Source: Flectonema sp. DT1601
Taxonomy: Eukaryota
Length of the DNA stretch: 64,000 nt
Assembly (NCBI GenBank): GCA_964019425.1
Contig: OZ025781.1
Location: 496,001-560,000, forward strand
Reading direction: 5' to 3'
Below the pieces are notes generated by a model. It searched no databases, was not told where the DNA came from, and saw nothing but the letters and a program-made list of their open reading frames with translations. The position numbers were made by a program, and so were the translations under genes. Positions within the stretch are counted from its first letter, which is position 1. Each line of letters begins with the position of its first letter. Positions 13,017 through 25,900 of the stretch are shown one piece after another.

Positions 13017-16000
13017 TTTTTCTTTCATTAGTTAGTTTTTTTAAATTAGTTTTGGTCACTTTTTCCCACTCCTCCGCTTTTTTTTCTTTTTTTTTTTTTT
13101 TCCCCCATTCCCTCCCAATAAATAATAATTGACATCATTTTTCCTCCTTTCACTGCTTGGAGGACTCAACAAGAGCAAAGAAAAAAAAAAATTTATTCGG
13201 AAGAAAATGTTCGAAAATGATATCTCAAAACTCTTATAAACAGAAATGGAATGATTTGAACGTTCTTCTGAAGAAAAAAAAAACCCTGGGAATAAAGATG
13301 CGAACCGCCTGGTGACATGTGGTGTGGACTGTCTGACTTGTCCCCATGGCTTGTTCCTACCTTTAGGCTTTCCGTTGATAAGCATTCGCCAACCGCGAGC
13401 ACCCACTTGATATATTCGATATGAAAAACAAATAATAAAAGTGTGAGTTGGAATTGTTTTATATTTTTTTTTCTGTTAGCAAGCCTTCGCGAAGCTTCTC
13501 TTGAGCAGTACTGACGCTTGTCAGCAGAATTCCGTTCGTTTTGAGTAGTGGTTATAAGCGAGGTGAAGTAGGAAAAAAAAAAAAAAAACAAAACAACCAT
13601 ACGTTTCTTGAAGTCTCTTTTTTTTTTTTTATTCCTTCCCCGGAATTGAAGTTTTTTTAGCGGGAAAGAAGAAAAAAAAAAAAAAGAAAAAAATGAACTA
13701 CGTTTCTTATTTACAAGGGAATCATACAGCAGGACCAATTTGCTTTGTTCTTGGAACGAAAAAACAAAACAAAAGACAAAAAAAAAAAAAAAAAAAAATG
13801 CTTATTCGTTAAAAACAAACAAACAATCAAAAAAAAAAAAAAAAAAAAAAAAAGAATTCTCTCTTCGTTTTAATTACCTGAACAAAACGTGCTCAACCTG
13901 CAACTCAGATAGAAGGATGCCAATGCTGTTGTGCATCTGTGTCTGTAAGCGGAGTAAGTGAGCAGGGAAAAATAAAAAATAAAAAATAAATAAATTAGAA
14001 TACTAACATTCTTAACACTTGCAAACTTTTACTTTTATCATAATGTACCGTAAGTTAGAATGTATTCGAAGCAAAGTCGAGAATAGCATTTTAGGTTTTC
14101 CCAAAATAAGGATTTATTTCCTTTTTTTTTACGTTTCCTGGATAATTCCAGGATTGTTCAGCAACCACAATCAATGTTAAATAGTAACTGCACGAAAGGT
14201 GTGCTTGCTTAAAATATTTTTCCCCCCATTTTTTTTTTATTTTTTTCTGTATTTGTTTTTTTTTATTTTTTATTTGTTTTTTTTTTTCGCATCTTGTTAC
14301 CGGCAAGCCGCAAGTTCCGAGGCAACCGGCCATCGGACTTTTCACCTGTTTCAAAAAATAGAATATAACATAGTAAGGAAATAAGTAATTAAAAAAACTA
14401 GCTGAACTGACTATGTTTTTTTTTTATTACTTATTTTATTCACCAACTGACTTAAAAGTGATCAAAAAAAAAAAACTTCTTATTTTTGTGCGTTCCATTT
14501 TCTTTTTCTCCCTCTGCATTCTTTTTTTTCTCTTTTTTTCTTTTTTTTTTTCTTGACCCTACTTAAATAACACCTTGTAGTTTGCTGTTGTGAAAAAAAA
14601 AAAAAAAAAAAAAAAAAAAGGAAAACAACAACAACAATCGAGATAAAGAACAAAGCTTTATAACATAACGTGAATGGAAGTATAATGGGAATCGTTAAGC
14701 AGGGCAAGTAAGTTACTAAATAGTGGTTAGCACGCAATTTTTTTGTGCAACCATTTATTAATTTTTTTTATATAAAAAAAAAAAAGAAAAAAAAAAAGAA
14801 GAAAAAAAACCACAGACGACGTCACACCTTTTAATATGCCGCTTGCGGTGTTGCAGCGGTGCTTTTTTCAATTATTTTTTTTTTTTTCATCCCCTTTTTT
14901 TTAAAAAAACTTTTTTCGCCATTCATTTCCCTATTTCCCTCCCCCTTTATAATTGCCATTGGCATCGGTGTTATCTATAAATGTTTTGAGCAGCCAAGTT
15001 TGGTCTATTCACTGCACTGTTTCTCTCTCGATGGGAACAACGGAAAAAAAAAACAAGACGTGTCCGCGGATAAGTTAAAAAAACGTTTGTTATAACATTA
15101 ACTTCGGATACTGTCTTATAACTGACGTTGGCGTTAGTTAGCCCCCCTTTCTTTTTTAGGTTTGTCACTCAGTGATAGATCGTTTATTGTTTCGAGCAGT
15201 CAAAAAGTCAAGTTTAGTCTTTTTTTTTTCGGAAATAGTTTTTCCAATACTGTTCCTTCCTCCCCGCTGTGTTTCTTGTCGCAAATACTGTCGGTTCATT
15301 TGTGTCATGTTTCCAAAATATCATTTTATTATTATTATATATAGTTTCTACCATGTTGTATAAATGCACGGACCTGTAAAAATACCTCTTTTGATTGTTT
15401 TTGTACTAGGAATCACTGGTGCTTTTAGAAAAAAAAAAAAAAAAACATTAAAAAAAAACATTAAAAAAAAAAATGAAATAAGTGGAAATTAGCTTTTGAA
15501 CAAAAATTTCTTTTTTTTTTTTTGATACTTAAGCTTATTAACAAGTACTTTGTTGGCCTTCTGCCAGTCATATTTTTTTTCCAATAAAAAAGCCATTCCA
15601 CTGCCTCGCTTTACTTGTTGTGTGGATTTGAAAATACCTTTTTTCCCCCCTTTTTTTTTTGCGTCTAGCATTGAATTGGCGAATACAATCTACTCTCGCT
15701 GCATCGGCGTTGGGTCTGGCCCCCTTTTTTTTTTCTCTTTTTTTTTTTTTTTTCCATCCCTTATCGCATATTGAAAAGTAGTATTTCCGTTTTGGAAAAT
15801 GGCGTTGAAGGGCAAAAAAAAAAAAAAAAAAAAAAAAATTACAAAATCAACACACCTTTCCCTCTCGCGCGAAGCTGTTGCAGATGGATTCGTGTTTCAG
15901 TTGTGTGACCTGATATTTTTATAGGTGCTAGACTAGCTAAAACAAACCCATAAACTCGAAAAAAAAAAAAAAAAAAAAAAAAAAAACATAAGGCGCGAAC

Positions 16001-16489
16001 GATTGGGCTTAAAAAAAAGCTTTGTTTTCTTTTGTTTTCTTCCCTGTCTTTTATCTTTCCTCCCTTATGAACCCTCCCTCAGAAGCACGATAGCTTTGGC
16101 TATGCGACAAAAAAAAAAAAGTGGAAAAAAAAAAAAAAAAAAAAAAATATCCATTTGAGTTTAATGATCCATTTACGACTAATATCTCTAGCTGTGGATA
16201 GGTTTCGTGTGGCGTCTTCAGCAGATATTAACTTTCGCCCAACGATTGTTGACTAAACTGTTTTTTTTTCAGTGCGTCTCCCTTCCCATTCCTGTTTTTG
16301 CCTTGTTTTGAGATGACTTTATAAACGTCTTTTTCATCACCTCACAGGATCATAAAATATGACGGCAAACTCGCAATAAATATATTTTTTTTTCTTTGGT
16401 GTGGTTTCCCTCTTCCCGAATGAATTTTTTTTTTTTTTTTTTTTTTTTTTGTTAGTCAGTTGAAAAAAAAAAAAAAAAAAAAAAAATTA

Positions 16490-17629
16490 ATGAAATGGGT
16501 GGTACTCTCACTAGTAATTCGTTTGTTAGTACTCACACTTGGTGTTGTAAACGACAGTAGCTCTGAACTACAACTTCTCCCTGTTAAATATGGAGATATT
16601 GATTATGATGTTTACACAGACGCGGCTGACTATATTGTTAAAGGTAAAAGTCCTTATGAACGACAGACATATCGTTATCCCCCAATACTGGCTCAGCTAC
16701 TTACGGTGAATATATTTGTTGGAAAAGCTGCTGGAAAGGTTTTATTTGTAGTGGTGGACATATTATGTGGGATTGTCTTGTATTCGATGTCAATCTCTGA
16801 TAAAGATCGTTTTTTAACTCGAATTTTCTGGTTTTTAAACCCTGTGGTCATTAACATTTCTACTCGTGGGAATGCAGATTCGATTGTGTTGCTACCGATT
16901 CTACTTTCTTTGTCGTTTTTAGTCAAACAAAAACCAAACTGCTTCTCTTCAGGATTATTTCTTGGTATCGCAATTTATCTAAGGTTATTTCCTGTTATTT
17001 ATATTTTTAATTGTGTTTTTTATTTGATGATAGTCTCAACTTGTTGGAAAGACTTTTTATTAAAATTTTCTGCTTTTGGAAGTTCGGTAGTGGCGACCGT
17101 ATCAATTCTTATATATATCGGTTACTGTCAGTTTGGTTCTGAATATCTGTGGGCTTCATATGGTTATCACTACGGTAGAATAGATCACAGGCATAATTTA
17201 AGTTCATTTTTTTTACCGTCGTATTTGGGAAGTTCAGTTCCAGGAGGGTTCTTGCCGCAATTGCTATCAATCGTGGTTGTGTCTTTCAGGTTTAGAAGTG
17301 CTCCAGAATTTTCATGGTTCGTTTCGACGATGTTGTTTGTAAGTCTAAACAAGGTCATAACAATTCAGTATTTTAGCTGGTATTTTGCTCTAGCACCCTT
17401 AGCACTTCGGTATGTCACGATGTCTACTAAGATAGCTGTTTCCATTTTAATTATTTGGGTGCTAACTCTCTTGAATTGGTTATTTTGGGCTTTCCTTTTG
17501 GAATTCAGAGCTCGTGATGTTTTCATTCCTCTTTGGATTTCATCGTTGTTGTTTTTGTTTGGTAACACGACGGTCATACTTTCTGTTATTTATTGTTATT
17601 CGAATCCTGTTAAAGTAAAGAACGAATAG
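16490..17629 (+). CDS. PIGM: GPI mannosyltransferase 1 (PIG-M/GPI14)
   Basis: DIDY (DxD) motif, SPY.R.TYRYPP, ISTRGNADS, R.DHRHN, NKVITIQYF.WY, many TM helices, and C-terminal KVKNE (KxKxx ER retrieval). First ATG is at 16490. Confidence 0.93.
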   Translation: MKWVVLSLVIRLLVLTLGVVNDSSSELQLLPVKYGDIDYDVYTDAADYIVKGKSPYERQTYRYPPILAQLLTVNIFVGKAAGKVLFVVVDILCGIVLYSMSISDKDRFLTRIFWFLNPVVINISTRGNADSIVLLPILLSLSFLVKQKPNCFSSGLFLGIAIYLRLFPVIYIFNCVFYLMIVSTCWKDFLLKFSAFGSSVVATVSILIYIGYCQFGSEYLWASYGYHYGRIDHRHNLSSFFLPSYLGSSVPGGFLPQLLSIVVVSFRFRSAPEFSWFVSTMLFVSLNKVITIQYFSWYFALAPLALRYVTMSTKIAVSILIIWVLTLLNWLFWAFLLEFRARDVFIPLWISSLLFLFGNTTVILSVIYCYSNPVKVKNE

Positions 17630-17779
17630 AACGATACCATAAACCTGTCTCTTTTTCTATAACTCCTCCCTCTGTTCAGACTGTTGGAACAACAGAGAGG
17701 ATTTTGTCATATAAAAAGAAAAAAAAGCAACAACAAAAAACGTTATTACTGCTCTTTCAAACAGAGAAGGAAACATAAG

Positions 17780-20700
17780 ATGTACGATGGCAATGATGAC
17801 CATCAAGCTGATGGTTTGCTTCAGAAACATGGAGTTCTCCCACATGCGACGGGACTATTAAAATCACCAACGAGAAAGGCAAACAATCCAAGAAAAGGAA
17901 CTACCATGTTAGCCAGAGATGCGGCTGTTTCATTACTTCAATTGCTAATCGAAAATTTGGATTCTCTAAAACAGAAGTTGGGAACTCAACACCACGAAAT
18001 CAATCACATTGTTAATATTATAAGTGAAGAGGTTGTTGAAATTTTAATGAACAGAAGTATGGATAGCGACATCGGACTTGCTACTTTAACTGGAACCTCA
18101 TCACACGACAAACTAATACTAGCAGTGGTTCAGGCAGCCGATGTCAGCGGCAATGGTAAAGTAACATGGGATGATATTCTAACTCTTATGATTGATGCTG
18201 GTATGAAAGGACGAACAGTTGACATGAATACAACATTTAAAGGATACAGTGAAGTTCAAACAAACCAATCTGAAAAATTAACAACAATAACATCATTAAA
18301 ATACATACCAGAACGTCAGCTTGGTCTTATGTGTGAAGGAAGTCAATTGAGGTGGATATTCGTTAATGCAACAGGTTCTGGTGTTGTTCCGAACACTAAG
18401 CCGATGATCGTTCCTTCAAATGAGAAAAGAGGAACACCTCCATCGATAATAACATATGATTATTTACACTCTCATCAATCAGTTGTTGCTGGCTGTGGAG
18501 ATCTTTCAATAGTCTTACTCAACAGTGAAACAGGAGCAGTCGTTCAACAACTAAGTTGCGATACCACAACCACCACAATAAATTACATCAACGGAAAGTT
18601 ATATTCAGGTGATCGCGATGGAAAGATTTGGTTATGGAGGATAAAACGAGAAAATGCCAGAGGTGACACTGAAAAAGCCAAAGCTGGAAATGTTGCAATC
18701 GGAGCAGTCCTCGTTATTGAAGTAATAAGGAAGATATCACCTCACAATGGAGCTGTTACAGGTATTCTGTTGGCTTCATCTCATGGATGTTTAGTGTCTG
18801 CTAGCGCTGATCAGACTTTGGCGATTATATCTCCGGCTGGAGAGTTGATTCGTTCAATTTGTAATCACAGTGCGATGCCTTTCAGTGGAATTACTTATTC
18901 ACCTGAAGCTGATGTTGTAATTACTTGTGGGTCTTCACCTGATCCAATGGTATGGCTGCTTAGCAATGCGTCAACAAAAAAACCTTTCTTACTTACTGAT
19001 ACCCAACGACCTCACATTGGAAGTTTATGCGGCATTGAATCGATCGCAGGAACCCAACAGGTTATATCTTGTGACTCCAGAGGTGGAGTCAAGATTTGGT
19101 GTTTGTCGAGATACAGTTGCTTGCAAAGTATTCAATGTGGAGCTCAACAAGCAGTCATTAGGAAGAACCAATCACCAATACGATCACTAATGCTTGCGAC
19201 TCACAGCAGAATGTTAGTTGTTTCCAGTGCAGTCAGATCGTGGATATTTGAGTACGATTCTTCTGTGGGGTTGAGAACATCTGCTAACGACGCACCAGTC
19301 ATTTCAATTTATTTCTGCGCATCCGACAACACAGTCGTCACAGCTGGTGGTAACACAATAAGAGTGTGGGCTCTATCAACTGGAAAGATATTAACAAAAT
19401 ATGACATCTCGCACGATGTCAATACATGCTGTCTTTCTGAAGATGGGAATTACTTCATAGTCGGTGGTCCAACAGGAGTATTAAGTATTCATAGTATGGC
19501 AAGTGGTAAGAAACTTAGAGAGATAAAAACAAAACACAATGCAGACATTACAAGCATAACATATTGTAAAGGTAAGAATGCTTTACTATCAACTGCATGG
19601 AATGGGTCTGTCACAATGAGTACTCTTGACGAGGAACGGTTTCCAAGATCGATTGAGGCTGGATTCGATGCGTGGGCTCCCGTTGAAAGAAAATCATCAC
19701 CAGACACAAAAAGATCATCGTCACTCAGGAGGAGTACTTTACATTCAATAAATATGTTACACCAAGCTGGGGATTTACTCTCTTTTCAAGGATCTCCAGA
19801 GAGAACAACACCCCAACGAGGTAAAGAAATTGATGGAAAATGCACCGCTTACTCTGAACTACTTCACTTGTGTGCTATTGGTGACTCGAGAGACTCCATA
19901 ACTGTGTGGTCAACTACTGCTGATAAATCTATCGATTTACGACCACTTGCAAAATGTCAAAGTGAAGCCGCACTTCGAAATGCTGAAAAATCAATGTTAA
20001 GAGACATCACTGCTGTTACATTTGTTTATAATTATCCAGTTGTGATTGCGTCTAACAGTTTGGGTAATGTTCATGTTTGGTCAGTCGCTCCGTATACTTA
20101 TCCTAACCAATGCTTAGCTTGGTGGACGACTTTAAATAATAATGCTGCTGTTGGTGTTGGTTGTATGTCAACAGCGACAGATGACTTGACCGATTCTATA
20201 ATTTTATATGTTGGTGATGATGATGGGTTTATTTCTTGTTATAATATTGGTCTTTTACTGTCAGAATACGGGATGCACGACAGTAGTATCCCACCTCAGT
20301 ATCCGGCACCATCAAAGCACTCAATCCATAGAATCCAAAGATGGAGAGCTCATGCCTCTGGTATTCTCTCTTGTTGTATTATCCAAAAACATAATTTAAT
20401 TATAACAAGTGGCTTAGACCGACAAGTCACTGTCTGGTCGTTTTATGGATCCCTCGTAGGATCGTTGGATCAGAATGGTATTGCTCCGTATAAAATATTA
20501 ACTGATAAGCACAAGCTTTATTCTAATGACATTCCAGTATCCGCATTACAACCAAAAGACTATCACCTTGTTAACATTGAAGCAATGGATCAACAAGACT
20601 CACCTCAGGATGATACTCTAGATGTTTCTTCAATTCAAAAACCAAAAATTCAACCGAAATTTAGAATGGCTGGCAGAAAAGGTATTCGAAAACCACCACT

Positions 20701-21427
20701 TGGTAAGAGACGACATTCACGTTTCAACGATGGTGCTAGTGAGACTGATAGATACACAAGAAGAGGATCTTTAGGAGGGACGACAACATATTCAGCGTTA
20801 CCGGGAGAGTTGTCAGCATCCGTAGCGTTTAAGGATGAATTGTCATTCGAAAAAAAGAAAAGTTCGAGGCAAAGTAGAAGTGGATCTCCCACCCAATCAG
20901 TCAGCACACGACTATCTCCATCGAGGAGGAGTTTAAAATTACCAACACTCTCAGAAACTGTTAGCGCGGTCAGCATGAAGAGTGGCAGCAGTAGAAATAA
21001 AAGTAAATCAGTAATCTCAAGTCCGACTTCGAGAAAATCAAAGAGACGGCAATCTCAGTTTGCGATACCTGTACCTCCACCATCGGAACCCCCACAACCA
21101 CCGGTAAGAGCTCTGCCTGAGGGGTATTTAGAAATATTATCAAACATTAATAGTGACTCTGCGGCTCCTTCATTTCTTACGACCAATGAAACTCCAGGGA
21201 GATCTGACTTCTTGTCTCCTTCTCTCTCTTCACTTCCTCCGGGATCTCATGAATACCATTCACGTTCGAGGAAAATCCCTCGTGAGAATATTCAGGTTGA
21301 GGTAACAAATCGACTCACGGGTCAATCAAAAATGATGACTATGAAACAAGTCGCTGCACCGCAAGATGCGCATAGTGGATCTGAATTGCCATGGTGGGAG
21401 GAATTAGAAAAATTTTCCTTAACGTAA
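17780..21427 (+). CDS. EF-hand + WD40-repeat protein (WDR49/EFCAB8-like architecture) with low-complexity Ser/Arg/Pro tail
   Basis: EF-hand-like DVSGNGKVTWDDI and multiple WD repeats (LYSGDRDGKIWLW, ISCDSRGGVKIW, ITSGLDRQVTVW). First ATG is at 17780. Confidence 0.8.
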   Translation: MYDGNDDHQADGLLQKHGVLPHATGLLKSPTRKANNPRKGTTMLARDAAVSLLQLLIENLDSLKQKLGTQHHEINHIVNIISEEVVEILMNRSMDSDIGLATLTGTSSHDKLILAVVQAADVSGNGKVTWDDILTLMIDAGMKGRTVDMNTTFKGYSEVQTNQSEKLTTITSLKYIPERQLGLMCEGSQLRWIFVNATGSGVVPNTKPMIVPSNEKRGTPPSIITYDYLHSHQSVVAGCGDLSIVLLNSETGAVVQQLSCDTTTTTINYINGKLYSGDRDGKIWLWRIKRENARGDTEKAKAGNVAIGAVLVIEVIRKISPHNGAVTGILLASSHGCLVSASADQTLAIISPAGELIRSICNHSAMPFSGITYSPEADVVITCGSSPDPMVWLLSNASTKKPFLLTDTQRPHIGSLCGIESIAGTQQVISCDSRGGVKIWCLSRYSCLQSIQCGAQQAVIRKNQSPIRSLMLATHSRMLVVSSAVRSWIFEYDSSVGLRTSANDAPVISIYFCASDNTVVTAGGNTIRVWALSTGKILTKYDISHDVNTCCLSEDGNYFIVGGPTGVLSIHSMASGKKLREIKTKHNADITSITYCKGKNALLSTAWNGSVTMSTLDEERFPRSIEAGFDAWAPVERKSSPDTKRSSSLRRSTLHSINMLHQAGDLLSFQGSPERTTPQRGKEIDGKCTAYSELLHLCAIGDSRDSITVWSTTADKSIDLRPLAKCQSEAALRNAEKSMLRDITAVTFVYNYPVVIASNSLGNVHVWSVAPYTYPNQCLAWWTTLNNNAAVGVGCMSTATDDLTDSIILYVGDDDGFISCYNIGLLLSEYGMHDSSIPPQYPAPSKHSIHRIQRWRAHASGILSCCIIQKHNLIITSGLDRQVTVWSFYGSLVGSLDQNGIAPYKILTDKHKLYSNDIPVSALQPKDYHLVNIEAMDQQDSPQDDTLDVSSIQKPKIQPKFRMAGRKGIRKPPLGKRRHSRFNDGASETDRYTRRGSLGGTTTYSALPGELSASVAFKDELSFEKKKSSRQSRSGSPTQSVSTRLSPSRRSLKLPTLSETVSAVSMKSGSSRNKSKSVISSPTSRKSKRRQSQFAIPVPPPSEPPQPPVRALPEGYLEILSNINSDSAAPSFLTTNETPGRSDFLSPSLSSLPPGSHEYHSRSRKIPRENIQVEVTNRLTGQSKMMTMKQVAAPQDAHSGSELPWWEELEKFSLT

Positions 21428-22231
21428 AAACAGGAAGGAGAGGAGGAGAAGAAATAAATAAAATAAAAAAAAAACGACACTGACGCGGATGTTTGAAAAA
21501 AATATCTCGTTTTTTTTATTTTCGTCGTTTTTTCTTTTTTTTATTATTATCTAAACCTAGTGTATGTATTCCTGTGACTCTAAAAATTATATCGTCGTTA
21601 TTGTTATGTCTAATAGGCTTGAGTAATCTTTTATTTAATACCAAGCTTAACTCTCCTGTTCGTGTATTGGAATAAAAAAAAAGTAGAGCAGCGATGTGGA
21701 AATCATTCTCTCTTCTTGTTTCTGTTTACTATTTTTTTTAAATTTAATATTTGTGAGGCTCTCATCACAATATACATCAAAAAAAAGGGGAAAAAAAAAA
21801 AAAAAAAAAAAAAAAAACCCCTTTTCACTCTTCTTTCCAACCCCTTTTGTTTGCTATGCCACTATTTTATGTTTTGTTCATTCTTGTCATTGACCAGAAA
21901 TGGTTTTTTTTTTCGTATTTCTTTTTTTTAAAAATCTTTTTTTTATTCTTTTACGACTATGTGCGTAAAAAGTGAAGTCCTTTTTATTATTTCTGTAATA
22001 CTGTGTACACACTATGTGACTAATGTATTTCCTCTTTGAATGATACACATCAGAAGTGGTGTTGTTGTTGTTACTTTTCATATTCTAGTACCAAAAATAT
22101 TGAAAAAAAAAAAAAAACTACGTGTTTTTACTTTTTTTTTTGTGTTATTATTTTTGTTTGTAAAATTACATATTTTTTTCATTGATGTCAGTTTACACGT
22201 TTTTTTTTAAAAAAAAAAAAAAAAAACTCCA

Positions 22232-22471
22232 ATGCCGGTTACTGCAGCTGCTGCTCCTGCAGCACAGAATCAAATGACGGTGTATTCTCAACCAATAACT
22301 TCAACTGGTGGAAATAAAACAGCAGCGGCATCGTCAGGATCTCATAAAAAGAAACATGACATGGGAAAGTTTACGAGGATGAAGTTAGGTAACGCCATTG
22401 GAAACCTGAGCGATACAACATTCGATTCTGTGGCAGGAGGTTCTGTTGGTTCAAATATTGACTTTTTGTGA
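22232..22471 (+). CDS. Small hypothetical protein (79 aa)
   Basis: ATG-started, coding-like composition, isolated between homopolymer tracts and preceded by the A-rich leader seen before other genes. No recognisable domain. Confidence 0.45.
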   Translation: MPVTAAAAPAAQNQMTVYSQPITSTGGNKTAAASSGSHKKKHDMGKFTRMKLGNAIGNLSDTTFDSVAGGSVGSNIDFL

Positions 22472-22548
22472 ACTAAATTGAATAACTCAAACAGATCAAC
22501 AGGCTGGTATTCATTATAACATTCGAGTAGTAACCGTGACTCGTGTTG

Positions 22549-22596
<48 letters not shown>

Positions 22597-22918
22597 CACC
22601 AATAGTAGTATTTTGGTTCATTTCGTCGGTGGATTCGCTAACCAGTTAGTTTGTCATTCGAGTTTTTTTTTTACACGCTCATCACACTGATCCTGTTGTT
22701 CAGATGAGATGACTGGCGTAGCTGATGTTGTTATCGTGAAGAAGTAACATGGTCTTTTTTTATTATTATTCACATTCCCTTTTTTTTTATACAGCAGTAG
22801 ATGAAAAAAAAAGAAAAAAAAAAAAAAAAGGCTGACATTGAAATTGAACTTTCCATTGTTACCCTTTTATAATAAGTTTATTTCTCTCTTATTTCAGCAC
22901 ACAGCCCCAATCAGGGCG

Positions 22919-25900
22919 ATGGATACTTCAAATATGGAGGCCAGCAGCATGCTGGTTAAGTTTGAGACCCGATCAAACAAAGTTAAGGGATTGAGCTTTC
23001 ACGCAACAAGACCTTGGATCTTAACGTCGCTACATAATGGTAATATTCAACTCTGGGATTATCGAATGGGAATCATGATCGACATGTTTCAGGAGCACGA
23101 CGGACCTGTCAGAGGAATTGACTTCCACGACACTCAACCGCTCTTCTGTTCAGGTGGTGATGATTTTAAAATTAAGTTGTGGAATTATAAACTTCGTCGA
23201 TGTCTGTTTACCCTCGTTGGTCACTTGGACTACATCAGAGGTGTTCAATTTCACAAAGCGAACCCTTACATCATTTCTGCTTCTGATGATTTAACGCTGA
23301 GAATTTGGAATTGGCAGGGACGTACCTCAATGTACGTTTTAACTGGTCACAATCACTACGTTATGAGTGCTTGTTTTCATCCAACTAAAGATCTCGTGTT
23401 GTCAGCATCGTTAGATCAGACTCTGAGACTGTGGGATGTTTCTGGATTTGAGACTCCTCACTTGTCGAGAAATCAAACATTTGGAGGAAGTGTCGCTCAA
23501 GACATCTTCGGGTCATCTGATGTGATGGTGAAGTATATTCTTGAAGGTCACGAGAGAGGTGTTAACTTTGCATCTTTCCATCCAACGATGCAAAGAATTG
23601 TTTCAGGAGCTGACGACAAGTCAGTCAGAACCTGGACTTATGATGACTACAGCGTTCGTGAAGTTAACAACATGAAAGGAGGTCATGGTAGTAATGTAAC
23701 CTGTGCGATGTTCTTCAAAGATTACATTGTCAGTACCAGTGAAGACAGAACTATCAAAGTCTGGGACGCTGTAAACGGAACAGTCGTCAGAGCAGAACGA
23801 CGTGAATACGATCGCTTTTGGATGATTGCAGTTCACCCTGAGAAGAATTTAATAGCTGCTGGTCATTGTAATGGAATGATCGTCTACAAGTTAGAACGTG
23901 AACGTCCTGCAATGCAACTCGTAGGTGACACTCTTTACTGGGTCTTGAAAGCAAACTCATCTGACTGCGTGTTGTTCTCATACGATTTCAAGACTAAGGT
24001 TGAGACCCGACTTACAACACTAAACAGACGTTACAAGTCTTCTCCAACAAGTCTCTCTGTCAGTAAAGAAAACGATATCGTTGCAGTCTACTACGCTCAT
24101 GATGGTGGTGTTGTTGAAGTTTATCAACTAGGAAACCGTGAAGAAGTTAAGAAGTGGTACATGAAATCAGCGGTATTCTTTCATCGTAATAAATATGCGT
24201 GTCTTGACAAGGGAAGACAAATCATTATAAGAAACACAAAGAACGTGGTCGTTTCTATCATACCAGCAGTTGAGAATGCTGATGAAATCTGGTGGGCTCC
24301 ACACGGAAATCTTCTTCTAAAGGGATCTGACAGAGTCTACATGTACGACCCAGCTCAGAGTAAGGTCGTTGCCGATATGACTATTCCAAAACCAAAAAGT
24401 GTTGTCTGGTCTCCTGGTCCAGATTACAGCAAATTCGCTATTCTTTCAAAGCACTCTATCGTCGTCTTCTCAAAGAAGAAGTTGCTATGCAGCCTTCACG
24501 AAAACAGTAAAATTAAGTCTGCTTGTTTTGATGAAAAGGGTCAGGTTCTTTTGTACACCACAACAAACCACTTGAAATATTGCCTTCAGAATGGAGACAC
24601 GGGTACAATAAGAACTCTTGAACAACCAATATACCTCGTAAGAGCGCAAGGTAATGAAATCGCTTACATAGAAAGAGGTGAAAACAAACTAAACGCAATG
24701 CAGATCGACTCTGTTGAGTACAGGTTTAAGCTTGCTCTTCTAGCAGAGAAGTGGAATGAAGTAATTAAATCAGTGAAGACAACCGTCACTACTGGTCAAG
24801 CTCTTGTCTCATACCTCCAACAGAGAGGTTACTCAGAGATTGCAATGCATCTGGTTAAGGATCCAAAGATTAAATTTAAACTCGCCATTGACAGCGGTAA
24901 CCTTGATGCTGCATTAGAATGTGCAAACCAAATAGATGATCCTGACTGCTGGGTGTCCCTCGCAGATGCTGCTTCAAAATACGGAAAGGTAAACCTCGTA
25001 AGCAGCTGTTTGAACAAAGTTGGAGCAAAAGGTCATCAGAAATTATTCTTCCTAAACTTCCTTCTTGGTAACGATGAGAAGACTCGCGACTACGCTGATA
25101 TGCAACGCGATGATACGAATGTAAGATTCCAAGCAGCGTTGTTTACGGGAGATGTCGATGCTCGTATTAAGATTTTGGAAGAAGCTGGTCAGTACACTCT
25201 GGCTCACCAGGTTGCATCCTCCAACGGCATGACTGAGAAGGCCAGTGCCCTCCTCCGCCAAGCTGGAGTAGCTATCGAGGAATCAATGGGTCCTGTGAAG
25301 GCTGATGAAGAAGAAGATGAACAGACTGAGGATGTACTTGAGGCTCGTCGTACTCAAGAGATGGTTGCAAAGGAACGTTCTTATGAAATCATGAACCGCC
25401 TGGCTGAGACCACATCAAAGACGATCACTCTTCCAGAGAAGACAGCTATCGATTCTGATTGGCCACTCACTGTAATTAATGAAAGCCATATCATGTCTAC
25501 TTTAAAGAAAGGAATTGCAGGAGGTGCTGTTGTTGAAGAAGATCTTCCTGGAGATGATGATGAGAAGGGTTGGGGATCTGATGACTCTGATGACGGACTT
25601 AAAGAAGATGGTTCAGATGACGAAGGTGGACTCGGAGAGGGAGGAGGTTGGGATGACTTGTCTTCAGATGACTTGGGTTCTGTTGGAGAAGTTCTCGATC
25701 AGGACTGCGCTCTTCCAAATGAAGGGTTCCCAGCTACCCGCCACTGGATTGATAACTCTCGTATTCCTGCTGATCACGCTGCTGCTGGAAGCTTTGAATC
25801 CGCCATGCGACTACTCAAAGCACAGTACGGAGTTAAGAACTTCCACCCCCTCAAGCATTTGTTCATTCAGTGCTTTGTCAGCGCCACGGCCTCCCTTCCA

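Noticed and set aside
13056..16460. Numerous short Lys/Phe-rich ORFs (also 373-1784, 4635-6691, 26823-28075)
   Set aside because: These are translations of poly-A/poly-T intergenic tracts.
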